A DNA stretch of 64,000 nucleotides from Yuukianura sp. NJ FZ-2021. Its lineage: Eukaryota. Both the position numbers and the translations under genes were made by a program. Positions 13,935 through 28,000 of the stretch are shown here, piece after piece; positions within the stretch are counted from its first letter, which is position 1, and the number at the start of each line of letters is the position of its first letter. A model generated the notes under the pieces. That model did not search any database. It saw only the letters and a list, made by a program, of their open reading frames with translations, and was not told where the DNA came from. The stretch is from positions 8,246,001 through 8,310,000 of the forward strand of contig CM102285.1 in assembly GCA_046563655.1 (NCBI GenBank). Reading direction: 5' to 3'.

Positions 13935-16041
13935 AATGGACGCTGCAAAAATGTAAGCAATAATTATTAGGTTGAATTAAATGGAGTTGACAAAAAACCG
14001 AATCCTATGTGCGCACAAAAACACTCACTGAACAGCGGCTAACAAGTTGCATAGCGTAACCGGAACACTTTTCTGTTTTCTGTTTATGAGGGCATTTGCT
14101 CTCCAAACAAAAACTGAAAATTGTTAAGACTAGTGAACCGATGTTTCCCACTAACCACTGACTAATACAATAAAAGCGGCATTCCAAGCCTTGTACTGAC
14201 GCAATTTATCCCTGTCCAAGTACCTTAGTCAACCCGGATAGAACAAATCGCCGTGTAAAAGTAATTCAGCGGTCACTGTAAACTGTACCCGCTGTTATAA
14301 AGCGACTTTAGTCATTGTTAAATGGAGGTCCCGAAGCGAGCGTAGCTTTCCCATGTTCCATTGCTGTCTCTATTTCGGATTCTGGAAACTTAGGTGATTT
14401 AATCAACATTGTCTTTGTTTTAAGGTTGACTTACAGAGAATCCAGAACAGACTTGACACTGCGCTCGTATCATTATTCTGCGAAGGGGCAAATTCATGTA
14501 CGTCAGACGATTTGTCCATCTTTTGTTGCAAAGTAAAAATCGGAGCTTCAGCTTCCCAAGAGTGTTCCGGTCAGCAGGCCTCGCACAAATGCAGCTCTGT
14601 GTACTACACCTACACGAACGGATCGTTAATGTCTTGTCGAGCAGCTTGGAGCAGATACGGATGGAGTTGTCGTCATTGTCTCCTCGTCCTCACAAGAAAA
14701 AACGTCGACCAGTTATCCTTCCTGCTGCCCATTCTTTGCTTTTCTAGCATAATCAAACACAATGTCAAAGGTTATGATTGGTGAGAAATAAATGAAAAAG
14801 GGCAGAACATAAAAATGGCTTACGTGTCACACAATTGATTTGTCAGTAGAATTCGGAATTTGTTGACTAGAACATGAAATACACCCTAAACCGGTTGATT
14901 GCTTGCTGGAGGATTACCAACAGAGGCTTGCCACGTTGTTTTATTATTATTTGTATTTTATATTTACATAAATTACAAAATTTATGTAAAAGCAGAACTT
15001 GTTTTTGAAAACAAAAGCAATTTAAAATTCAACAACAATTTTTAAGTTCATGAAACGGTTCTGCCTTTGAATGCCGTTTCTTTCCTTCTTTCACATTGGC
15101 AAGAGATGGGCAATCCCTCTCACTATGGCTGAAATTAGTTGTGGCTAAAAATTAAAGAGGAAGATGGTCCAACACATTCCAGATTCCAAGAACTAGTTTT
15201 TGCAACTTTGGTATTGGTTTTGATCGATGTTTCAAACGTTAAAAACGGGAAGCCAGAAAAAGTAAACACTATATAATTATTCCACTTCTTGAAAATAAAA
15301 TGAAGAATGGTGAGCAGTTGATCAGCGATGTTATTTAGAAACATTCCGCTAATCGGCTTACCGTAGGCGATCGCGTTTCTAGCCAATTCTATGGTCAATT
15401 TCAATTTTAATTTTGACCCAATACTTGGTGGTCAAACCCGGCATCATTAGCACGACAGTACACTAAACTGTACTATATGAGACTGTAGACTGTCGTGTTC
15501 AAGGAATATTTTCGGATCGATAATCTATAATTCAGTTGTCATCATCTTAAACCTGTGGTGTGGTGACCTCAATGACCTTCATCGATATAACTTCAAATAA
15601 ATCGAAGAATCGACTGATTGCCTCATTTTTTATTTTCGTTCGATGAGATGAGTAAACTATTGGTTTTAACATCGCTCCACACTGTTTCTAATATTGCAGC
15701 AGCACAAAACAACCCCCATTCCATTTCAACCCTTGTGTTAAGTAGTATTTCACCCAACCCATTTCACCACACTTTCTATTCCGCCTTCACCGAAATTGAA
15801 ATTGAATTCAATCAATAAATGTTAAGGTTAGGTGGATGCAAAACTTTTGATCCCAAAGAAATGAAACCTATGCACCAATGAAACAATTCAAACTGCATTT
15901 TCACTCAGATTTAATAAAGTCAGTTCTGAAATTAACAATTTGCGTCTTGTTCCATTAAAGACGACATGTTAACCTAGGATTTTCGTCATGCATTTACAAA
16001 GTAGTCTACGTAGCATAGTTAAATAGGTTTTCCGCTTCGTC

Positions 16042-19000
16042 TCACGTTTTCATTTGCCATACCATTAGGGTTGTGCATTGCTTTGATTCAGCCTCCGAAC
16101 TGTTGATGAATTGATCATGGTAATTCTGGGATCTCATGTTGATGTACCCTCGACCTCCAACTACCACAATCAGAGTCCGTTCAGACCGTGGCTTGAGTCT
16201 ATTCTTGCTAGTGGTAGTTGTGCCTCGGTTAATCGTTTTCTTTGTTGTTCCGGGAGTGGGTGGTGGTGGATTTGTACTGGGGAGATTTGAGGTAGATGTA
16301 GAGGACACTGTGGGTTTCAAGGACTGGTCAATATCCAACTGTCCAACAGGGGTAGGTGTATTAGGTGTATCGGTTCTCTCTGTGGCTCGACTGTTTCTGG
16401 AACCATGTCCAAGTCCAACACTTTCGTCACTGGAAGCAGAAATTTTGGAGTCTACGGACCAATTTGAAAGGTCAAGCGACCTTGGACGACTCATGCGCAT
16501 CTTGATACGACGATCCAAAGTACTGATTTTTGCATCCAAGGCAACTAGCTCTGGGTCACTTCGTCTCAACGCATCGTAAAGAGGATCCAGGAATCGACCT
16601 TCATCTTCCAGCCCTCTGACGTTAATCAAGTTACCGTAGAGACCATACACATCAGAATCGATACTAAACCGGTTGAGTGGAATTGGACCACCGCGCGGTA
16701 AAGTTTTGCAGTTTCGATTCATGCCGCTCTCTCCCCTAGAATTCTTTTTCCGAAGTACTACAAGCGTTTTGTGGAATCCGCCAAGTGAGGGCAAAAGATC
16801 GTTAGTGCGACTGCTTAGCCCCAAACCACTGGCAATGCTCTGAAGCGGAGAGCTTGAATGGGAACCTTGCTTAGAAGACTCGTTGAACGAACTGCTGTTG
16901 CTTAAGCTAGGACTCGCTGATTCTGATTTAGTTTCAACCTCTTTTCCATTCACATGGTCTCGGAAATTCGTTCTCGGCGGCGTTCGGTACTTTTCGTCTT
17001 CATCCAAACCGCTCTCAGCGTCTTTGTGTTCGCTAAATGTCACTGGAGTGACAGATTTTTGTGATTTTTGAGTCGAAGGTGTCTTTGGCACGGTAGAGAT
17101 GTTGGCTGGAGATGGAGTTGGAACAGATGAAGGTGCTTTGGTAAGTGGCATGAGGAATGTGACTGGTCCAAAGTAGCCGTGGTAAGATACATTGGCTTTT
17201 CCAGTATTGATGATGGGCACTCCCTCTAGCCGCGGAAGTGGAATCGTCAGAACCACGCCCAAGTTGGTTCCGATCCAGAGCCAGCCTTTGTGGGCCATGA
17301 GGCAAGTGACATAGCATCCCTTCTGTCGCCGGTATGAATCACGTACGGTACGGTAAACGCTGGGAGCAATGCTCACATCTTGAAGATGTTGAAGCGATTC
17401 TAGATGGTAGAGGCAAACTGTTCCACTTTCATGGGTTGTAATCCAGAGACCAACGCCAGAACATGTCATGTGAGAAATTGGACCGTTGTGATGAGTTAGA
17501 ACAACACTTTTCTGAAATTGGAAATAAAATTTTTTAAAATGATGCGTGTTTTCAAAATTTTCGAGGGTAATTTGAAATGAACTTACTTCGATTGTGTGCG
17601 TTTTTGCGTCGATGATCACAACTGCATTTCCACATGAGGCGTAGATGTGCTCCCTGGCTCCAAATACGGAAACGATTTTTTCCGAACCCAGGCTGAGTAG
17701 TTTCGAAGGTTCGAGTGGCTTTGGATTTTGAATTTGCGTAAAAACTGCTAAAGTGCCGTCGCTCATTCCTGCGTACACTGTGCTGCCGAAAAGTGAAAGT
17801 TTCAACACGCTTTCAGTCAACAGGCATTGGCTAATGTGACCTTTCTCTGTATCCGATGGATCAAATATCATGACCCTGAAAATAAAATTCAATTTTTAAA
17901 ATGAATTCAAAAAACTGAAGGTTAATTTTCAAAAACGAGAGGTTTGCTCCTTAATACTTTCCACCTTCCACATATCCACAAACATTCCAGAAATTGTGAG
18001 AAATTTTGAAATTCTGCGGCAAATTGATATGAATGTGACTTACTTCCGACTTTCAGTTGCCATCCAGACATGACCTGAGACGAACAGCAGGTCATTGACC
18101 TTCTCTTCCACCAAGTCAAACGACGTTACTTCTTTGAGAACGTTTTGTTGAGATCTGTATGAAGTTATGTGACTTGAAAATCCGTCGGTACAGCTCACCC
18201 AAAGATAGTCCAAGATTTTAGAGCGTCCTGTGGGACTCACTGAAGTATGCGTGAAGAAGCAGCCTGCTTTCACCTGAAATTCAAGAAAACTTTTAGTCAA
18301 CTCAGGACTTAAATTTTTCAAAATTTTAAATTTTTTTCTCAAACCGTATTGAGATGTGGTGAGCGACAGAGTGGCAGGGATCTAACGAATAAGGGAAGCC
18401 GATGTTGCGGATACGGCGATTCCTGTGGTAAGTCCCAACCTGGACTGTTGTTTGGATCCAATGCCAATTGCGCCAATCGGAGTTCTTCAATCCACTCGTT
18501 CCGAGCTGCAGGACTTGGCATTTGAAATACAACTTTCTCCCGATTAGTTCCAGTTCCAAGCAAAAGTGTGAGACAGGAAGAGTCAAAATAGGAAATTTGT
18601 TCGTCACGACATCTAATTTGGTGTTGGATTTCAAGCAGCAATTCTTTGATGTAAGATTCTGTGAGTCCTTCATAAGTTGACTTGAGTGTTGAAATTAATT
18701 CTGAGATTCGACTTAGAACTGAGTAGTCGTGCATGAGGCACTGCATTTCTTCTAAGAGACAAAGCGACTGTTGCGTCTCTTCGTCTGGAGTTGACGCAGT
18801 GCCTCCAGCTTCATTCGAACCAGTTTTTTGGCGTCCGAAACTAACGTATCGACTCATTGTTGGCGATATTGAGAGGTCTTCGACTTCAATTTCTCTGACG
18901 GGGTAAGACCACTTGAAAACACTTTTCTCCACTTTCCCATTAAGGTTGACCGTAGAAGACTGTTGGGCTGGAGCTTTGTCTGTATTGATGTAACTGTTTC

Positions 19001-22000
19001 GTCTTCCAGCCCTTTCTGACGAAGAGGTCGAAGCGCCACTGGAACTCATGGTAACACAAATCAGCATGTCGTTGAGGAGGAGGAGTTTTCTCGTTTTGGA
19101 CTTGGCTACTGTTCCTCCATTGCTATCAAACTCTAACTGCGTCACCAAATCTTGACGCAGAAGAATTCGATTGGGATCGTCAGCAATTGACCTCAAAAGG
19201 ACAAATTTCCCACCGCCAATGGACTTGATTGTTTCTCGAAAAGCTTGGTATTGCTCAGACTCGCGTTTTCTTTCGTTCAGCATGGCTGCTAGGCTCTCTA
19301 ATTGTGTCAATGCCAGTTGCAAAGACATTCTGTCATGATGATCCTTCGGCGTGTGTTTGAGCAAATCCTGCGCACAACATTTCAAAAGTTTTGAAACATG
19401 CAATTACAGTAAATTGAGAGGGGAATGAAATTCCAGAACCATCGATTTACCTGCAGAAGGAGGATAAATTGTGGGAATCGTTGAACTGGTTTGACCATGA
19501 GTCCAAATAGAGACAACCGATCATGCGCAGTCATCTGCTTCACTTTGAGGAACTCTGCAAAGGCACTTTTTCGACGAGCTTCCGCTTTGGCTGTTTCCAT
19601 GGCTTGTCCAAAGTTATTGATGAATTCAGAATAGACGTCCAGAACGAGGCTCTTTGAGAAGGAAGCCACGAATACATCTCCAATTTTCTCATCAGTGTCC
19701 CACTTACGGATGTATTCGGCCAGAGCTATTCGGAACAGCGAGTGACACTGAAGGATTTCTGGAACGCGATGGAACACCGTGGCAATTTTTGAGTGACTCA
19801 ACATTACAGGATGGCTGCACTCCAGTGGTTTCTTGTATTCCTGTGCCAAATTTAAAATTCAGTCATTTAGAATCCAATCTGACCGTTTTTCATCAAATGG
19901 TCTGCAAATTAATTACTTCCTTGTCACTCAAAGTCAGAAATTATGCAAACAGCTTCGTTTCTGGTATCAACATGTCAAAAAATTTTGAAACTCGTTCATC
20001 AGTATCAAGAAAAGGTGTTTGAACTTTGAAATGAAAAAAATTGCAAATCGAAGACGGTAAAGATATTAGGAATTGACGACTTGAAGATTTCGAATGCGGT
20101 TTAAATGATTTGTGGCGAATAATCAAGCCTCCTTAACACCATGAAAGGCAAATCATTCCGCTTCGGTGAGTTCAAAAGTGACATTAATTGCGACTTGCCA
20201 AAATGCGAAAACCAGACACGACTCGAAATGCTTTCGGCTTTGATTTGCCAAACCTTATGCCGTTTCAGGTGCACACTGACATTGAGTGAGAGTGAAGTAA
20301 AAATTAAATATAATTTTGGTTTTAAAATTAAAACTAAAGAAATTTTCATGTCATGAACCCACTTTGGCTTACAGTTGTAGCATAACATCGCTCCCGAAAT
20401 GAAATTTTATACAGTATGTACGCGTGAAAATAAAATTTCAAAGTTTTGTGAGACGTTGCTTACGTTGACTAGTCGCTGAAGTGCTGAGACGTAGTTGTTC
20501 TCACTGTGAACAATCGCTGCGACGATGTGTCTCCGTGTAATTTGCTCTGGAGTTAGGTCTGGCGGTGGGACTGGAAGCGTAGGGGGCAGCACTGTTCTCC
20601 TCGGCCAGTAGCCTTCTTCGTCTTCCATGAAGCTCAAGCGCTTAAGATCTTCTTCGCTTAGTAAAGGCAGAGTGCTGTTCCGATTGTTTCCAGCGTTAGT
20701 TCCGGCGCTTGCGCCGTCCACTGTTGTGGTGCTGCCGCCATGATGATTCTTCCTCAGAGAAAACCACCGTAACAGACGATTCTCCTCTTCCATATTAGTT
20801 TTTGAAAGTGTCTTAGACTGTGTCCAGGACTCTCTCCATTTGTCCTTGATCCCTGATCCACGACGGAACTTTGGGGCTTTCGGGATATGATCTGGAACAA
20901 TTGGACTACTGTGGGAAACAGAAACATAAATGTCAAAATATATTTATTTATATAATATAAAATTAAATAAAGAATTCGTGAGGAAGAAATGCTACTAGGA
21001 ACAAAAGCCTACAGCAGGGATCGCTGTTATATTTTTTAGGTCAGAAATTAAACAGATTGCTGAGGGAAGGAAGCTGGCGGACGCGTGTTAAACTCTCAAA
21101 CTTCAAAGTGATTTAGCAGTTTTCATCTTTTCTTGGATGTGACGTAGCTTGAGTAACTAACGATTAGGAATACTTTTTGCTATCCTCAAAACTAACCTTG
21201 GGAAGAGCAGAATATGAATTAGCGTCAAGGCCTTCCATCTTCATTACTTTGAAACCATACTATAAATAATATACCTCAATCAGCTAATAGTGTGGGATGC
21301 TTTTACATTCACCTGAATTTAAACACTTTACCTACGATTTACGACGTGAGTCACACTTTAAATCTAATTCTAATATTAGCACAACTTTCGATGCACAAGT
21401 TGAACACGTTTTCTGAACTGTTTAGATTCCAAAGTGCACTAAATCCCTGCTGGCTTCTTAGCAGAAAGATACGAGAGACAATGGAAATGTAACGAGGCAT
21501 TCTAAAAAGTTATGTCAATGAGGAATAATTAAGTTGTAAAAGTAATTTAGTAAACCAAACATTGGAAAAGTGAAGGCAAAGAAGGTGGAGGAGATTGTCC
21601 GCTGCTGGCAAAGTTTTGTTTAGCTTTTGTAAGTGGATGTCGATTTGCAATTTGCAAAGTGTGACCCCATCCCTAGCTCAAGCTTAAACTAGAGTGCTCA
21701 TGGTCGTAAAGCAATTTTAGCACACTTGGAATGATTAATTTTTATGATAATCAACTCTTCACTGCTTTAAACCTCTCTCAAGCTTCAAAGCATTTGCTGA
21801 CATTTGCCAAACGAAAAGAAAATGTAAATGACAAGGTGAATTCCTACACTTTCCTCTGTGTACAAGTTATGCGCCGCTCATCAAAAAATCACTGACTCCT
21901 AAAATTGCTTTTTTGCAACCTTAGCTGCTTGGAAGTTCGATTGTCATTTAATCTTCATTTTCATGAAACGCTATTTCATGCACTGACGCTGATGGATAAG

Positions 22001-25000
22001 AGCAAGTGTAATTCTTTATGTTGCAATAAGTGTACAATTTTCAAAATTCGAGTACAAATGCAACTTTTCCGAGAAAATATTTTTCGAAACTTTTTGGACA
22101 AAATTTGCATCATAAAGTAGCGAAAGGAACTGTTGAGCCATAGAGTTTGCAAACGATTTCGAAACTTGTATTTGAAATATTTCAAAAATCTTAACACCAT
22201 TTCGACACTCTTTTCTAATATCAAGATTAATACCTACTTTTTTTCTTTTTTTTTTAAACTGAAATTTCATGTCAAGGCAGGTACGTCACTGTGTATTTGA
22301 AACTTTTCAAAAAATCTTGAATTTTGCTAAACTTGTCTAAATTAAATCAACATGTGACCAATTTCTTGTTTTTGTAAACCTAGTTTTCTAGGTTAAAGTT
22401 TACTTTAGTTGTTAAGTTAAGCGTCATTTTAGTGTTCTAGATTCTTAATTCACAGCCAAGAGACTATAAAATGTTTTGAAACCATACAAGATCTAGGAAG
22501 AGCAAAATCGACATCATCCAGGAAAGACATGGAGTAAGTGTGGTCGATGTGGTCCAATGATAATGTAAAGCTAACGAAGGCTTCCCTGATTTATTCTTTC
22601 TGATGAATCATGATTTTTCTAAATTCTCAATGCCATCTTCCTAATCTATCAAAAACCCCAAAATAGTTTCTCAGCAAACTAAAAAAACATCAGAGTCGAG
22701 GTTTTAATTTTGAGAAATTAAAAGCAATAACTTGAAGTTTAAAAAACTTCCTAATACGTTAATGTTACTCCTTGTTAAACTGGTCCACTTTGTTAAATTT
22801 CCTCACGTTTAAACGTGACATGCAGTCTGGAAATGGTGGGTGGCGATGGTGGCACTCCTCAAAATTGTTTACAATTCGAAAAACCAACATTTATCATTTC
22901 CATCAAGTCCACAATTCCCACGCACTTACAAATCGAAAAAAAGTCCGAGTTTCCCCGGACAACATTTTGAGGTAAGGGACCCTTAACTTTAAGGGATCTC
23001 CAATTAGAGTCAACTACCAAAAACAAGATCCTAAAAGAAGCACTTGAGACGTCCACTCCCCTCTTAGATTTTTCCAGTCTATACTACATTGACGTAATCT
23101 TCATCCCCAAAGAACTCCAGAATGAATCCAAAAAAAAAACTAAACGTCTTGAAGATCTCTTTACGAATTCAAGGCCATCATCTTCCTTCTGTAAGATTTC
23201 ATCTTCTTACACAACTTGACTATAAATTGCTATGAGGCAAGGCGTCGAAGGTTTGAAAAACAGGAAAAAATTAAAGTAAAGACCTCCATCATGCGTCTGG
23301 TCGCAGGGTTCCATTCATTTTACAAAGTGTTTCAAGTCCCCCCTCCGGCACTGGACAGGTTCCCACGGAATCAAGGGATCAAGAAACACTATGATGCAAG
23401 CCCAAAAGAGGCCCTTATGCAACATGTCTGAAGAATCTGTACAGAATTCTAAGGGCCCTTGAGCCTTGACTTCACCTGAACCCGCCAAGGAATGTGTTTG
23501 AAGTTGCTTTTTAAAAGTTTTAAATCATTGGCGCGATTTACAGCACCACTTTTACAGGAATTTGCACAGGGTGGTTGTAGGCGACATGCATGGATGATGA
23601 CAAGTATGAGTCTGCGCTGAAGCGTTTCTACGAAAACAGTTAACACAGGAATGCTAACCTACCTCACATCCACTCTGGACCCATTTTCTGCGCTTGACAG
23701 ATTTGAATTTGGCGGAACAGCAGGGGTGCCATTGTTGAGGCCCAGGGTGAGCAAGCCGCTACTCGTCATTGTCATTAAGGCATTCCCTACTTGGGACGAG
23801 AGGTCAGAGGGCAGGGCAGTAAAACTGTCTGGCTCTGTGTCCGAATCAGCCGAGTACCAGTGCTCCTCTTGACCTAAAAGAGGCGGACAGAACGTTGTCA
23901 ATGGATTTATGGCCAACATTTTGTGATGTACTGCCGAACTGAAAGGTTATGTTCCACGTACCTGTTACGCGCAGTTCGTCCATTGAGGAAGATCTGGCTT
24001 TGACTGCAGCCATGTCGCCGTTTTGCCCCGAAGGGATGATGGGGCCCTTCTTCTTCTTTAAATTGTAGCTGGAAATGGACGTGGGGATGAGGAACCCTCC
24101 ACCAGCAGGGCCAGATCCAGCGGAAGCGGAAATTGAATTTGGTCCAATAAAAGTCCCACTGCTTACTTCTGAGCCACTCAAACTGCAACTCTCAGTCTTC
24201 TTCAACTTGTCTGAAAATCAAAGGAATAATAAACCAAATTAACGATTGAGTGACTAGTTACTGTTGATGTTTCAGAGTCAAACACAAAGGAATCCAAGGG
24301 TACTGCCAAGGAGTGACTCATCCCCAACAATAATTGACCCAAAGTGCAACACACTCACTTCATACAAGAATTCGCACTTAGGAATTCCTTAGGAATCCTG
24401 CCTACGAGGATTGGCCAAAACCTAGTTTGCTCCTTGCCAATTAAAGTTTGATCCAAATAACAAACGTTAACCTTCCTCATCTTTCATCTTGAGTCGACAA
24501 ATTGCGTGTTCCCATTTCTATGTTTTACAACTTTTCCTTAACTGCTCCCTCAAGTGATGAAATCGAAATGATTCATCGAATCTAAAATTAAAGTTGGGCG
24601 CTTGGATTAACATTTCTGTAGCTGACGATATCAGCACCGCTTCCTGGATCGTTTCCAGTACTTTTTTTGTGGTTTAACAGCAAAGATTAGTTGCTTTAAT
24701 TTCTTCAAATTCCGTAAAGAAGTTACAAAACCAAAAAACGCTTTTCTTTTTCTTGCAGTAAAAGTGAAAGACGCCTTTGTCTGAATGTTTTTGTTGGCGA
24801 AATACATTTTGTCCGTTTTTTCTTTGCACAAAATCACCTGCTCCAGGGCAGGTGAAATTAGCAATTTTATGAATCACAAAAAAAGTTCAACGTTTCTCCA
24901 TTTTTCAATGTCACCTTCTACAGCACGCTTTCAATTCTTCGAAAAAATATATTCTTTTAAGATCTGCTTTTTGAACTTTTGAAAAATGTTACATGTTGCT

Positions 25001-28000
25001 GTTCAATCCGGCAACAGTGGAATCGAACAACGCCGAAGTGTAATGCGTGCACATAGAATTCAGAGTAATTTTTCATTTTTCTACAGGAAAAGTAATAAGA
25101 GTGTTTTTGATTTGATTTTTTGAATTTGAAAAATTTCGATTTTACAGTTTCAGAACACATCGCGGTAATAAATCTTGTCACCCATACAGTAAGTATATGA
25201 AAGGATTTTGTAACCATCTCAGTAGATAGAATTGACACACTTTTAATTTCACTAAGCAATATATGATGCAGTGTTGTATTGGTATAAATCACGGATTCTT
25301 CAGCCCAAAGCATTGTTTAGAGGACATGTTCCATTTTTCTTTTCAAGGAATTTGCCAATCCCAGCAAAAACTGACACTTGCAAACAACTTTTAGTTTTCA
25401 AATATTTAAAAGAATTTTTTCTTGGCAAAATATTAACCACACTCTGTGTAAATAGTCACATAAACCACTTCAAAACATGTCACCAACTTTAACGTTTCAG
25501 TGTTTTGCAAGAACTGTTGATGTCCAACTGCGTTAGCTTAATCAGCAAAAGCCCAACGTTAGTGTCAAATTTTTTTCTAAAAGTCAACCACGAGATCCCC
25601 TATTTGTAAACAATGGAGTTGATCCTATCTTATCATTGTTACAGTTTATTGTACCCATTTACTAACTAAACTGCTTGGAAATGTGGCAACACACTAACTT
25701 TTACTTAAAAGCTAAAACTTACCCCAAGTCAGTTTCAAATTGAACAGCCTGTTCAAAATCTTAAGTTCTTCAAGAAAGCTTTGTTCAGTTTAAGACAGAA
25801 ACCATAAAGTTATGATAATGTAAAATTAATTTGAGAAACACACGCTTTGTACATTCTGTAAACAGAGGGTCAATAGGTCAACATTGAACATTCTGTGATC
25901 AGTATATCACCCGAAACACAGCACTTAACAATTCCAATCTGATCAAACACTTTAGACTTTACACAAAACATGATGCATCTTCACAGCAATGGCAAAGTCA
26001 AAATTTCCAAGACGCGGCTTGCACAAAAAGCCCCCTCATAAATCATACTTGAACAAAGACCATTATTCACAAAAGCCTCCGAAAACTTACAACGGAAATT
26101 CAAGTTCAGCAGGTCACTTAAGTTAGAATCCCACTTAAAACATAGGAGCGTTCAAGAAAACACTTTCGAATGAAAATTTCGAAAACTTGAAGCCTTTTGC
26201 TCACTTCCAAGCAAGTTGCAAAGATGTAGTTTGGATGTGAACTGGAAAGCAACTTTGTAGAAGCGACGAAGAAGATGAAATGGAAATGAGAGGGAGGGAT
26301 GCAGATGAAGAAGATCGCTTTAGGGCTGGATCTGGAAGAGCACTAACAAGTACGATGTAATACGAATAGGCCAATCATAACAAAATATACTTTGGATTTC
26401 GGCTTAACAATCCTACAATACAACCTTATATCCAACCAAAGTCTTTCTTGATTACTTCATTATTCAAGGTGGGGCAGCGCGTTTTTTGTTGGTGGCCACA
26501 CGAAAACCTTCTTCCCCTGCTTAATTTCTGGTAACAAAGGCTTTAGCTTGCATAATAAACGCAATCCTTATATCTTCCAATGTTAAAGTTTCAAAAGATC
26601 TTCAAACCTCAAGATATAAACTAAACTTTTGTTATAAAGTTTACTTTGTTAGTACTTCAGGTGACGAAGTGCGTGGAGGTGGAAAATAAGAAATCTTAGG
26701 CTGGATACACATTCTTCCCCTCATGATTTCCTTAGATTAGGATCATAACATAACAAAAGCAAAACGATTGTCATTCACGCCTCACCTCCACCATCACTCA
26801 CTGTGCAAAAACACTTAAAGCAATTTCCATTCCAAAATCGAAGTGAAACAAACAATGCAGCGTTGTAACCCTATGCTTGTAACAAAATATTAACTGTATT
26901 GTTAAAAACTAACAATGCAAAACTAGAGCAATCAATAGAACGTTCACCTCTACCAAAGACCTCTCGAATTCCTGACAAGTTGAACTTGCGCAAATTTCTT
27001 GTGAAAAACGTAGTCATACAAGAACAATGACACGCTAAAAAGTCTTGAACTTCAGTATAACCTAACTTCATAATTATACTAACTTAGCACCACTTTTAGA
27101 TTACTAAAAAAACAAGCATTTGTTACTTACAATGCGTCAGAATGATTTCTGGTTCAGAAGTTTCCGGAGTTGCATTTGGGAAGTACCAACTCATGGCCTT
27201 AACGTTAACTCAAGAATAAGGAAAGTGGTTTACTAATTAAGTCAAAATGAAAACACTTAAACCACTGCAAGTTCAAAAGTCAGATAAATCCAGCGACCAA
27301 GCCTTGTAGGTCAAAACACAAGTTTACACTAAAACGCACAAGACACGACTTTTGCACTTTGAATCTTTCATGTCAAAAGCGTGTCGTATGCGGAAACGAC
27401 GCTCCACAAAGACAAGACCTCTTGGTTGTCGCTGTCAATTGAACTTAACATTCTAAGAAAATAGAAACACTGCTTCAATGGCCTTCCGGGAGTTCATCTT
27501 CCTTTTGGCTTCAGAAGAAGTTTCCGCCCTCCATGATCTCACAACATGCCAAAAATAAAGTATAACGCATAGCTTCAAAGAATTTGTAAACTTGAGTGAA
27601 CTTGCACTTCGGAGGCATAGAACTTGTTAGAACAAAACAGGCACCACCACAGCATTGCAAACTTTAGTGTTATAGACTACCTGTCTTGAACATAACTTGC
27701 AAAGTAGACATTTGCAATTTGCGCAAACTTTTTTGGCACTCATCACTCATTCCATGTCTGCAAAGTCTAGTCATTTCCTGCCTCAAAAGTAAACTATCTT
27801 TTCAAAAACAAAAATTTAGCTGTCAATCGTTCCAGAAGTTTTTTAAAACAACAAAACCAAAACAGACGCCTGTCCTTGGCGTGCCTTTTGAACTTCTTTC
27901 CAATTTCACTGCCTTCAAAAACTTCCAGAAGCACAGCTAAAAACAGATCGATAGCACTACCTTGAGCTGTTGTAAACAAACCATTGAAAGAGCAAAGGTC

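Noticed and set aside
14315..14784. Overlapping Cys-rich plus-strand ORFs
   Set aside because: No domain or consistent splice structure, and mostly non-ATG starts. More likely the 5' UTR or intron region of TMEM68 on the other strand.
16136..16579. Antisense ORFs over RhoGEF exons (similar ones overlie the tubulin, VPS28 and TMEM68 exons)
   Set aside because: Shadow ORFs expected from codon structure on the opposite strand, with no independent coding features.
17512..17586. 75-nt in-frame, stop-free segment that makes the 16042-17892 ORF continuous
   Set aside because: It has a canonical GTAAGT donor, a pyrimidine-rich cag acceptor and intron-like AT richness, so it is treated as an intron. 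Retention cannot be judged without RNA data.
20132..20272. Imperfect inverted repeat (caccatgaaaggca / tgccgtttcaggtg) after a TTAA, piggyBac-like
   Set aside because: Short and mismatched, with no TTAA on the right side.
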